Assembly (NCBI GenBank): GCA_965203555.1
Contig: CBDBCY010000004.1
Span: 3,040,001 to 3,104,000 of the forward strand
Direction: 5' to 3'
From: Acidimicrobiia bacterium
GTDB lineage: Bacteria; Actinomycetota; Acidimicrobiia; Spongiisociales; ZC4RG35
Length of the DNA stretch: 64,000 nucleotides
Position numbers and translations under genes: made by a program. Shown here piece after piece: positions 8,416 through 17,027 of the stretch. The notes beneath the pieces were generated by a model. It was given only the letters and a program-made list of their open reading frames with translations. It made no database searches and was not told the origin of the DNA. Numbering within the stretch: the stretch's first letter is position 1; every line of letters starts with the position of its first letter.

Positions 8416-11390
8416 CAGCTTTCTGCCGTACCACCACGGGGACGGGTCTTCTTGTTGCCGTGCACCGACGGCTCCGAACACCACATATGCCGGAGGCGGG
8501 CGATACCCTCCACCGCCTCGTCGGGCAGGTGGAGCACCCTCTTGGCCAGCGCCCTGTCCAGGTCGGCCCGCGCCTGGTCCCGGTACGCCTCATTGGCGGG
8601 CAGGAACTCTCGGTCTTCGAACTCGTCGAATAGAGCGGCTGCGGTTTGGATCCGCATTGGGGTGAGTTGCCGCAGGTCCAAGACGGGGATGATGCCAATG
8701 GTGGTGACGGTTAGATTGGCTCGGCCCTTCTGTTGGCGAGACGACACCCACCAGCGCCCCACCAATCCGAGAGTGGTGTTCAACCACACGCACAGCGCCT
8801 GTTCCCATGCCTCGCGGTCAGAAGCGTTGGGAGGATCCGGCTGGAACGATGGCCATGCCCGGCCTCCGAGGGCCGGAACAGGCGTGATACAGGCGCCCAT
8901 GGGCTGGGAGTTGACCTGGAAGTCCCGGTTGATGTGCAAGCGGGTGGCCCCGGCGATCATCTCCTCCTTGGCGTCCCGGTATCCCTTCCACAGGGAGCGA
9001 GCCTTGTCATCCATGCCGGGGCGGACCACGCCCTCTGAACAAGGCAACACCGTCATACGAGTCTCCACTTTGTGGTCGTGAGACCATAGAACGGGATACA
9101 GGGCAAGCGCGAAGTCTGCACGGTCGTGCTTCTCCACAACGCGGACCGGACCACGAGTGATCGTCAGGTCGTAAGGTCCCCGGAATCCGAGTCTTACCAG
9201 GCTTGTTGTTGGAACTTTCAAAACCCTGGAGACTTGGGGCAGACGAACCCGGCCAGCAGAAAAAGCCGCGCCGATCCCGCACAGTTCTGCGCTAACAACT
9301 CCGCTCGGGTGTCCCTTGGCGTGCTCGGTGAACTGTGATGTCACGGCAAATCCGACAGGGGATCCACCTGGTGTGTCCAGATCGCCACCGGTCCTGACCG
9401 TCCGAGCCAGGTCGATGCCCCGCTCAGGGTTCTCTGGGCGCTCTTTTAGGCAGATGTAGCGAGCCTCTTGTTTCCTTGCTCGGCTCTCGTGTTTCTTTGA
9501 GGCAACGATGATGGCTTCAGCCATGCCGGTGTCGGCTGAGAAAGCTCTGGCCTCTGCATGTTCGGTGTCGGCGAGGGTAACTACTTCGATCTTTTCGTAT
9601 CTTTCGGTCAGTAGTTCTCTCATTTTCGCCCATGCCGCGCCTGAGACAACCGTGGCGGGGACGATGAGGGCCAAGACCCCACCGGGACGCAGTTTCAGAT
9701 GCGCCAAGTCCATGAAATTCGATGCCATTCCAGCATTACCGTGTCCAGCCGTGAGGCCATGGATGGTCTTGTAAAGATCCTTCAGTACTCCGCTCATCAG
9801 CGCCTGAGCCTCAGCGTCGTTGCCCATGCCGGCGAAGACCGGGATGGGGGGCATCCTTCCGTCCGCCGCCGCACCCTGCTTCCGCTCGTGGTTGTGAGGT
9901 CTGACAAAGGGGGGATTCATGATGACAAGGTCCATCCCTTCCGCGGGCACATACGCTTCGCTGCGTACCCGGACGGGAGCGCCTCTGGCGACAGTTGCAA
10001 CGGATCCGTCACCCAACAGGGCCGCCTTCCGACTGCCCCCCAACAGGTCCAACGAGCCGATCTTGGGCTCTTCCCCCATCCCGACATCTTTCATTCCGAA
10101 GGGCATCACCCATGTCTTGGTTTTCGCATAGCCCACGTCTGGGTGTTCACCGGACAGCATCGCCGCCGTCAAGTGGACCGAGGCGGGCATGATGTCACAG
10201 CCGATGAGTACCTCCTCGAGCATTCGTCGATGGATGATCTTCGGATCTCCCCCGGCTTCCTCGTGCCGGGCGGCTATGCGACGGTAGGCGGCGGTGAGCA
10301 GCGCCCCCGTCCCGCAGGCGAGGTCAGCCACGCGCAGGCTGGTGACGGCGTCGGGGTCGGCCCAGTCCACCTCCAGACGGTCGACGGCCATCTCCGCCAG
10401 GAACGCTGCCGACCCCAGCCGGGTGAAATGGGTTTTGAGGAACGCCCGGTCGGCCACCAGCTTCCCGTACAACTCTCCGATAATTCCCTGTGTGTCCCGG
10501 TGGGCCGTGGTCTCCGCGGCGCTTCCGTACAGTTCGCCCAAGACACGGTCGGCCATCGTGTCGTCTGTGATCGAGACCGACAGGTCATGGGCGATGCCGA
10601 AGATCGGCCAGTAGTTGATCTTCAGCACCTCTTGCCACGCCCCCTCCACCTCCGCCCGTCTCAAGCCGGGCCCCCGCAACTCATCCGGGGTGGGTACCTG
10701 GTCGTGTCGCCCCGCGATGTGATGCTGGAACACCACTGCGTTGAAGAGGATCGCCATGGCCATGAGGTCCGTCTGCCGCCCTGGTTCCTGGTGAAGGATT
10801 TTCCCGATCCGTCCCGACACCCCGGTATCGCCCTCCAAGTGCCCGACCGCGGAGGAGATGGTCCGCTCTATGCCCCTCTCCAATTCGGCGAGGTCCACGT
10901 CGAGAGACCGTCGCACGCTTTCCAGCACGGCGGTCGGAGTCAGCTGGTCCTCTTCCTCGGGGTCGAATCGCAGGTTGCGCAGGCGGTCCAGCATCTCCTG
11001 GCTGATGGAGTCTCTGTGACCGGGATATTCGACCAACTGGAACCCGTTGCCTGCTCCCCGCTGCTCCGGCCATAACCACACCATCTGACCATCTGCGGCC
11101 TCGAACGCGATCAGCAACTCCAGGCTGTGTTGCTTCCTCAAAGTCACGACCGTCTTTCGGATGGGCGTCTTGGATGGGATGGACTCACAGGGTACGCGCC
11201 ATAGGTCCACCACCCGCTTGCTGGCCACCGGGTGGGCCGTCAGCCCGGTGCCGGGTATTCTCAGCCCATCCGAGCCGTATAGACCGAATTGCTGGCGGCT
11301 CGGGTTGTCCCAGTGCAGTTTCTGTAGGAAGAGTGCGGAAAGGTCCCCTGCCGCGATCAGGTCCTGTACCTCCTCGCGGCTGACCCCCAC
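8415..11390 (-). CDS. Large N6-adenine DNA methyltransferase (type IIG/Eco57I-like MTase-specificity protein)
   Basis: Motif I ADLACGTG, motif IV IMNPPF, long C-terminal TRD-like region; GTG start after a GGAGG-like RBS. Confidence 0.88.
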   Translation of the reverse strand: MGVSREEVQDLIAAGDLSALFLQKLHWDNPSRQQFGLYGSDGLRIPGTGLTAHPVASKRVVDLWRVPCESIPSKTPIRKTVVTLRKQHSLELLIAFEAADGQMVWLWPEQRGAGNGFQLVEYPGHRDSISQEMLDRLRNLRFDPEEEDQLTPTAVLESVRRSLDVDLAELERGIERTISSAVGHLEGDTGVSGRIGKILHQEPGRQTDLMAMAILFNAVVFQHHIAGRHDQVPTPDELRGPGLRRAEVEGAWQEVLKINYWPIFGIAHDLSVSITDDTMADRVLGELYGSAAETTAHRDTQGIIGELYGKLVADRAFLKTHFTRLGSAAFLAEMAVDRLEVDWADPDAVTSLRVADLACGTGALLTAAYRRIAARHEEAGGDPKIIHRRMLEEVLIGCDIMPASVHLTAAMLSGEHPDVGYAKTKTWVMPFGMKDVGMGEEPKIGSLDLLGGSRKAALLGDGSVATVARGAPVRVRSEAYVPAEGMDLVIMNPPFVRPHNHERKQGAAADGRMPPIPVFAGMGNDAEAQALMSGVLKDLYKTIHGLTAGHGNAGMASNFMDLAHLKLRPGGVLALIVPATVVSGAAWAKMRELLTERYEKIEVVTLADTEHAEARAFSADTGMAEAIIVASKKHESRARKQEARYICLKERPENPERGIDLARTVRTGGDLDTPGGSPVGFAVTSQFTEHAKGHPSGVVSAELCGIGAAFSAGRVRLPQVSRVLKVPTTSLVRLGFRGPYDLTITRGPVRVVEKHDRADFALALYPVLWSHDHKVETRMTVLPCSEGVVRPGMDDKARSLWKGYRDAKEEMIAGATRLHINRDFQVNSQPMGACITPVPALGGRAWPSFQPDPPNASDREAWEQALCVWLNTTLGLVGRWWVSSRQQKGRANLTVTTIGIIPVLDLRQLTPMRIQTAAALFDEFEDREFLPANEAYRDQARADLDRALAKRVLHLPDEAVEGIARLRHMWCSEPSVHGNKKTRPRGGTAES

Positions 11391-11445
11391 GTCACACCCT
11401 CCCTGCGTGCAGACTCCCACCGTCTCTCGCTGAGAGGTGGTCTAG

Positions 11446-11475
11446 GTTATATAACGATGAGGGGGGGGGGGTCGA
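11446..11475 (-). promoter_or_regulatory. Putative promoter of the MTase operon with a C11 homopolymer in the spacer
   Basis: Minus strand TCGACC-18 bp-TATAAC; the G11 run at 11461-11471 (+) makes up the -35 edge and much of the spacer. Confidence 0.45.
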
Positions 11476-11780
11476 TGTATATGAATGGTGGGGGAGATGA
11501 TAGCCAGTCCTTCGCCTCGGTAGACATTCAGCCTTGCGTAAGTATTGGAGTCGCGGTCAAGCGCAGTGGGCGGTTAAGAGGCTTGGGTGTCTTCGCGTCG
11601 CGCTCTTGCTGTGTTGCGGACCTGACTTGGTTTCAAAAGAGGTGACAACCATGACCAGTACCGTCTGTGGATGGGTGGGTCTTCGTGTTCCCCAAATGGT
11701 GGTGGGCGGCACCCGCGCGGGGAGTTGTCCGGTGGTTTCAATAGGGACCTCACTCCAACTTCCGGGATAACATCCCAGCC

Positions 11781-12479
11781 ATGGCAGCAGCGAAGACAAC
11801 CTCCGCACTGGAGCGCCCGGTCTATGGTATTTCGGAGGCCGCCCGGCACTTGGGTCTTGGCCGGGAACGGGTCAGGTCATGGCTTGACGGCTACACGCGG
11901 AAGGGCAAGACCTATCCACCGGTCATTCGTCCCGAAGCCACCGGTGATGACATTGTCACCTGGGGAGAATTCGTCGAGTTGGGATATCTGCGGGAGTATC
12001 GGCGGAAGGGGGTATCTCTCCAGTATCTGCGTCCGGTCATAGGGGAGTTGCGACGGGAGTTCGGGCTTCCTCATCCTTTGGCAAGCGAGAACCTATACCT
12101 GAGCGGCCGAGATGTCGTCTGGCGGCTTCAAGAGGAAAACGGACTCCCCTCTGCTCTCGCCATGGTGGTCAAGTCAGGTCAAATGATGGTTCTGGCCGAG
12201 CAAGCCAACAGTTTCTTCAACAAGGTCAGATTCGATCCTGATGGCGGGGCCGGTGAGGTCAGTCGGATCTTTCCGGCAGGTGAGGAGGCGTGGGTGTGCA
12301 TAGATCCGCTGGTATGTTTCGGTCGGCCGGCGATAAGGGGGGTGGCCACCGAACGACTCTGGGAACTTCGGGTGGCCGGAGAAACGGTAGGGAACATTGC
12401 AGCAGACTACGAGATGGAGGAACACCTGGTCAGGGCCGGTATTTCTTTCGAGGAGCTTCAACGGGTCCTGGCGGCTTAG
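11781..12479 (+). CDS. HTH + DUF433 protein (VapB45-like antitoxin)
   Basis: YGISEAARHLG HTH, TWGEFVELGYL, and C-terminal IDPLVCFGRPAIRG..IAADYEM (DUF433). Confidence 0.85.
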   Translation: MAAAKTTSALERPVYGISEAARHLGLGRERVRSWLDGYTRKGKTYPPVIRPEATGDDIVTWGEFVELGYLREYRRKGVSLQYLRPVIGELRREFGLPHPLASENLYLSGRDVVWRLQEENGLPSALAMVVKSGQMMVLAEQANSFFNKVRFDPDGGAGEVSRIFPAGEEAWVCIDPLVCFGRPAIRGVATERLWELRVAGETVGNIAADYEMEEHLVRAGISFEELQRVLAA

Positions 12480-12599
12480 CCGACGACCATGCCACACCGG
12501 TTCCCCCCATGAACAATCAGGGTTCACCGCGACCGGTCAGAATTCCGGGGAAGCTTCGACCCTTGGAGTTCCCCGCCGGGCGGGATTCAGGATGTCAAA

Positions 12600-13913
12600 T
12601 CAATGAAGGCGTCGGGAGCGTTTCCTGGAGTTGCGTTCCAAGCGCTCCTCTATGGCGATATTCCTGACGTAGGTACGGGAAATGTTCAGGTTGCGCGCTA
12701 TCTGGGCATAGGAGAGCTTCCGGTTCTTCCTCAGCGCATCGGTTATCAGCTGCCTCAACCCGGATTCTGCGTGGGAGGACTTGTTCTCGGTAGGGGATAC
12801 GTCGGTGCCGGCATCCTCCCGAATCGACCAGTAACGGGCGTCCGGATGGACATGTTCAACCTTTCCCCGTCCCGCACTGGCTATAAACCCGGCTTCTATG
12901 AGGCGACGGCGGTGGTAACCGACACTCTGGCTGCTGTGTCCGGTCCGCCACAGGATGTCCGCTATTGATGTAGGCGTCGTGGACTCCATCGCTCGCAGGA
13001 ACTCGCGGGCCCTTTTGCTCAACGGGATCAGGGGGCTGGACTGCATCCTTCCCTCGGGGTGACGGTCGGCTATCCCGCACGCGTATCTCATATCGGCCAC
13101 AGAGATCCCTGAAACAGGGTTTTCGCATCGCTCCCACGCATGAAATCCCACTAGCTGGATCTGAAATGGATACCCCTTGGCCGATTGCACCGCCATGTCC
13201 AAGGCGTCGTTGCTGATGCTTCCCCCGGCGGTGGTGACCGCTTCACCTATTGCCCGGCGCGTCTCGGTGTCGGTGATCACCCCGATGTCAACTCTGTGGC
13301 TTCGCCGGAAAAAGGTCATACCCTTGTCTTTCAGCACGGTGTTGGCCATATCAGGAAGTCCGGCGCCGATGAAGGCGAGTGGCTGGTCGTGCCAGGAAAA
13401 CACATGCTGTATGGCTGACGCCAACTCTCTGGCTTCCTTGATGTCGACGGCATGGAGTTCGTCTATGACCAGCAGCACGCCGACTCCCTGGTCTCGAGCG
13501 TGGGCGGCCAAGTCGAGCAGTGAATAGCGGACAGGGGTAGGGTCCGGCGAGTCCGTCCCGGAGCGGGAGATATCGACGTGAGGGGCAAGCCCGGCCCGCA
13601 CTTTGTCGACACGCCACCGGTCGAGCGTATCCGGCATTGCCCTCGACGCGGCGGCGGCGATCGTGGAGGGAAGAGGACCGTCGGCGGTCGAGATGCCGAT
13701 GACATGCCAACCCCGGTCGATTGCTTCCCTGGCGGCTGCCTGTAACACGGCGGTCTTGCCCATGCCCCTGGGACCTATGAGCAGAGTCGTGCCTTCCGGA
13801 GCATTCAGGTTGTCCTGAGCGCGGGAGAGACTATCCAAGAGTTCATCTCTGCCTCCCAGCACCGGAGGCAGAGAACCGAAGCGAGTGGTAAACGGGTTGG
13901 ACGGCTTCGCCAT
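12600..13913 (-). CDS. AAA ATPase (AAA_16-like) with C-terminal HTH domains
   Basis: NPF..PPVLGGRD, Walker A GPRGMGKT, Walker B LLVIDE, GYPFQIQLVG, terminal LSYAQIARNLNISRTYV. Confidence 0.85.
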   Translation of the reverse strand: MAKPSNPFTTRFGSLPPVLGGRDELLDSLSRAQDNLNAPEGTTLLIGPRGMGKTAVLQAAAREAIDRGWHVIGISTADGPLPSTIAAAASRAMPDTLDRWRVDKVRAGLAPHVDISRSGTDSPDPTPVRYSLLDLAAHARDQGVGVLLVIDELHAVDIKEARELASAIQHVFSWHDQPLAFIGAGLPDMANTVLKDKGMTFFRRSHRVDIGVITDTETRRAIGEAVTTAGGSISNDALDMAVQSAKGYPFQIQLVGFHAWERCENPVSGISVADMRYACGIADRHPEGRMQSSPLIPLSKRAREFLRAMESTTPTSIADILWRTGHSSQSVGYHRRRLIEAGFIASAGRGKVEHVHPDARYWSIREDAGTDVSPTENKSSHAESGLRQLITDALRKNRKLSYAQIARNLNISRTYVRNIAIEERLERNSRKRSRRLH

Positions 13914-13933
13914 AGCCCTCTCACTGTAAACAG

Positions 13934-14097
13934 ACAATTTTTGGTTGTAAAGGAGTTTACAACGATGGGACGTGTGCCGGGATGGGCATAACGGGAGCAG
14001 GCGATTCGGATCGGTGAAGGCCATGGATCGCGCACCCATTCTCTTCGGGCCCATTTGTGAACAGAACAATTTTTGGTTGTAAAGCAGTTTACAACGA
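13934..14097. promoter_or_regulatory. Two copies of a 32-bp element containing the palindrome GTTGTAAA-N4-TTTACAAC (putative operators)
   Basis: 13934-13965 and 14066-14097 differ at one base; the palindromes are at 13944-13963 and 14076-14095. Confidence 0.65.
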
Positions 14098-14188
14098 GGG
14101 TCCGTGCCGGGTGCGGTCGGGAGTTCCCTCGATGCGCTTTTCCGCCTCGTCGTCGAGCGGGTCCGTGCCGGGTGCGGTCGGGAGTTCC
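14098..14188. repeat. 30-bp exact direct repeat pair with a 31-bp spacer (61-bp period)
   Basis: GGGTCCGTGCCGGGTGCGGTCGGGAGTTCC at 14098-14127 and 14159-14188. Confidence 0.9.
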
Positions 14189-14236
14189 GTTTCGCCGTTT
14201 GCATGCGCCATGGGGCAGATGGGTAGTCTCTGGGCG

Positions 14237-15004
14237 ATGGGCTATTTCGCAGGCAAGGAAATCGTGGTGACCGGGGCGGGCCGGGGGATCGGTCGGGCCA
14301 CGGCCGAGATGTTGGTGGCCGAGGGCGGGAGAGTTTGGTGTTTCGATCTGGCCGCCGATCGCCTTCGGGAGGCCACGGAGACGATGGACGGACCGGGAAC
14401 CGCCGTACCGGTGGTGGTTGACATCTCCGAAGAGGGTTCGGTGGCCGAAGGCTACCAACGGGTCTCGGAGGCCGGCGGAGGAGTGCTGTCGGGTCTGGCT
14501 CACTGCGCGGCCATCGGGAAAGCGCACCTCTTCGAGGAGATGACCTGGAAGGACTGGGAGGTGGAGCTGAAGGTGAACCTGTACGGGACCTACCTGATGA
14601 CCAAGCATGCCGCTCCCCTGATGCGCGCCGCCGGGGGAGGGAGGATCGTCAATATCGCTTCCAACGCCGCCAAGGTCCCCGGCCCCTACTCTGCGCCCTA
14701 CAACGCCTCCAAGGCGGCGGTGATCAGCCTGACTCGCTCCGCCGCCAAGGCGCTGGCGCCCCACATCGCGGTCAACTCCATCTGCCCCGGACACGTCGAC
14801 ACCCCCATGAGGAGCGGGTTCGGCGACGAGGCCTCCCGGCTGGTGGAGGGGGTGGACCTGGACGCGGCGGCCGCCACCGCCCAGTTGGGAAGGCCCGCCC
14901 GGCCCGAGGAGATCGCCTCGGCCGTGTTGTTCCTGCTCAGCCCGGCGGCGGTGTTCGTCAACGGAGAGGACCTCAACGTCAACGGCGGGATCGTGATGTA
15001 CTAG
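14237..15004 (+). CDS. SDR-family oxidoreductase
   Basis: TGAGRGIG, YNASK, NSICPG motifs. Confidence 0.92.
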   Translation: MGYFAGKEIVVTGAGRGIGRATAEMLVAEGGRVWCFDLAADRLREATETMDGPGTAVPVVVDISEEGSVAEGYQRVSEAGGGVLSGLAHCAAIGKAHLFEEMTWKDWEVELKVNLYGTYLMTKHAAPLMRAAGGGRIVNIASNAAKVPGPYSAPYNASKAAVISLTRSAAKALAPHIAVNSICPGHVDTPMRSGFGDEASRLVEGVDLDAAAATAQLGRPARPEEIASAVLFLLSPAAVFVNGEDLNVNGGIVMY

Positions 15005-15077
15005 CCCCGATGGTGGGCGGAACGGCCAGGTTCCCCGGTAAGGTGATGGGTTGGATCGAAGCGAAGGCGAACAGGGT

Positions 15078-16040
15078 ATGACGACGATCGATTCCACAAA
15101 ACTGCTGGAACTGTACGAATCGATGGTGACCATGAAGTTGTGGGACCAGACCGCCTTGCGGCTGCTGCAGGAGGGACGGGTTCTGGCCGGGTACCACTCC
15201 GGCCGCGGACAGGAGGCGATACCGGCGGGCGGGGTGGCGCCGTTGCGCCGGGACGACTATCTGATGTACGCTCACCGGGGATTCGGGTACACGATCGCCA
15301 AGGGGATGTCGATGGCCGCCATGTTCGGCGACCTGATGGCCAACACCGCCGGGGCGACCGGCGGGCTGGGAGCGGGGATTCCCCACTTCGCCGATCCCGA
15401 GTTGGGGATACTCGGCCAGGGAGGCACATTGGGGAGTTGCTTCGGTATCGCCACCGGAGCGGCGTTCAGCGCCCGGTACCGGGGGACCGACCAGGTGGTG
15501 GTGTGCTTCTTCGGGGACGGCACCGCCAACCGGGGCGCATTCCACGAATCGGTGAACGCCGCCGCGGCGTGGAAGCTGCCGGTGGTGTGGATCTGCGAGA
15601 ACAATGGATACGCGGTGTCGGTCCCCGTTGCGGATTCCACCGCCGGACGGATAGTGGACCGGGCGGCCGGCTACGGGATGCCGGGGGTGCGTATCGACGG
15701 CATGGATGTGACCGAGGTCTACCGGGCCACCTGCGAGGCGGTCGACCGGGCCCGGGCGGGAGAGGGTCCCACGCTGATCGAGGCCATGTGCCATCGCTTC
15801 CGGGGACACTACGAGGGGGATCCGCAGGTGTACCGCACGGAGGAGGAGACACAGCGGCTGCTGGCCCTCGACCCGATCACCACCGCGGCGGCCCGGCTGA
15901 TGGAAGAGGGTGCGGTGACCCGAGAGCGACTCGAAGAACTGGAGATACGCATTCAGCGCCGGATCGACGAGGCGGTGGAGGAGGCCTCTATGGCGCCGAT
16001 GCCGGGGCCGGAGCGTCTGCACGAGGGCCTGTACGTATGA
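15078..16040 (+). CDS. TPP-dependent 2-oxoacid/acetoin dehydrogenase E1 alpha subunit
   Basis: GQEA, FFGDG...ICENN TPP motif, RFRGHYEGD. Confidence 0.93.
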   Translation: MTTIDSTKLLELYESMVTMKLWDQTALRLLQEGRVLAGYHSGRGQEAIPAGGVAPLRRDDYLMYAHRGFGYTIAKGMSMAAMFGDLMANTAGATGGLGAGIPHFADPELGILGQGGTLGSCFGIATGAAFSARYRGTDQVVVCFFGDGTANRGAFHESVNAAAAWKLPVVWICENNGYAVSVPVADSTAGRIVDRAAGYGMPGVRIDGMDVTEVYRATCEAVDRARAGEGPTLIEAMCHRFRGHYEGDPQVYRTEEETQRLLALDPITTAAARLMEEGAVTRERLEELEIRIQRRIDEAVEEASMAPMPGPERLHEGLYV

Positions 16041-17023
16041 GCCGGGCCACCGCCACCCGGACCCTCACCTTCTCCCAGGCTGTCCGCCAGGCCCTCCACG
16101 AGGAGATGGAACGGGACGACCGGGTGTTCGTCTGGGGTGAGGACGTTGCCGTCTACGGCGGCATCTACGGCGCCACGGCCGGCCTGCTGGAACGATTCGG
16201 ACCCGGGCGGGTGATCGATACGCCCATTTCCGAAACAATGATTGTCGGAGCGGCGGTGGGGGCCGCCATCACCGGGTTGCGGCCGGTGGCGGAACTCCAG
16301 TCGAGCGGGTACTTCGGGATCGCCATGGACGAGCTCTACCACAAGGTGGCGAGATGGCGGTACATGCACGGTGGCGTCTTCACCGTTCCCCTGGTGATAA
16401 GGCTTCCAGAAGGCGCCAAGGGCGCAGGTCCCGAACATGACGTGAGCCCCGAGGCCCTGTTCCTGAGCGCCTCGGGAGCGTACATCGTGATCCCCTCGGA
16501 TCCTGCTGACGCCCTGGGACTGTTGAAGTCCTCGATCCGCGACGACAACCCGGTGCTGTTCTTCGAGCACGCCGGCCTGTACGCCTACCGGGGGGAGGTC
16601 CCCACCGGCGACCATCTGGTGCCGCTGGGCCAGGCGGCGGTGAAGCGGGAGGGAAGCGACGTGACGGTCATCGCATGGTCGCGGATGGTGGGCGAGTCGA
16701 TCCGGGCCGCACAGGAGTTGGCGGCGGAGGGGATAGACGTGGAAGTGGTGGACCCTCGCGGTCTGCGTCCGCTCGACCTGGACACCATCCTGGAGTCGGT
16801 GGCCAAGACCGGACGGGTGGTTATCGCCCATGAGGCTCCCAAGACCGGGGGCGCGGGAGGGGAGATGGCGGCCATCATCGCCGAGGAGGCGCTGGAGTAC
16901 CTGGAGTCGCCGATCATCCGGGTGGCGGCCGCCGACGTGCCCATTCCGCAGAGCCGTTATCTTCAGAGATTTCTGATCCCCACAGCCGCCTCGGTGATGG
17001 AGGCGGTAAGGAGGCTTGACTGA
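16037..17023 (+). CDS. 2-oxoacid/acetoin dehydrogenase E1 beta subunit
   Basis: GEDV, RVIDTPISE, PVLFFEH, LRPLD; ATGA overlap with E1 alpha. Confidence 0.93.
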   Translation: MSRATATRTLTFSQAVRQALHEEMERDDRVFVWGEDVAVYGGIYGATAGLLERFGPGRVIDTPISETMIVGAAVGAAITGLRPVAELQSSGYFGIAMDELYHKVARWRYMHGGVFTVPLVIRLPEGAKGAGPEHDVSPEALFLSASGAYIVIPSDPADALGLLKSSIRDDNPVLFFEHAGLYAYRGEVPTGDHLVPLGQAAVKREGSDVTVIAWSRMVGESIRAAQELAAEGIDVEVVDPRGLRPLDLDTILESVAKTGRVVIAHEAPKTGGAGGEMAAIIAEEALEYLESPIIRVAAADVPIPQSRYLQRFLIPTAASVMEAVRRLD

Positions 17024-17027
17024 CCCG

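Noticed and set aside
7720-11075. Long plus-strand ORFs (453 and 458 aa) opposite the MTase/helicase
   Set aside because: Antisense shadow ORFs typical of high-GC DNA; the same applies to 18437-20053, 39760-41430, 59102-60364 and similar ORFs
11480-11780. tRNA/att site or small ORFs between the MTase and DUF433 genes
   Set aside because: No cloverleaf or T-loop consensus; the ORFs are short and have no motifs
1-14200. Integrase/transposase-driven mobile element
   Set aside because: No recombinase, transposase or terminal inverted repeats recognised in the island
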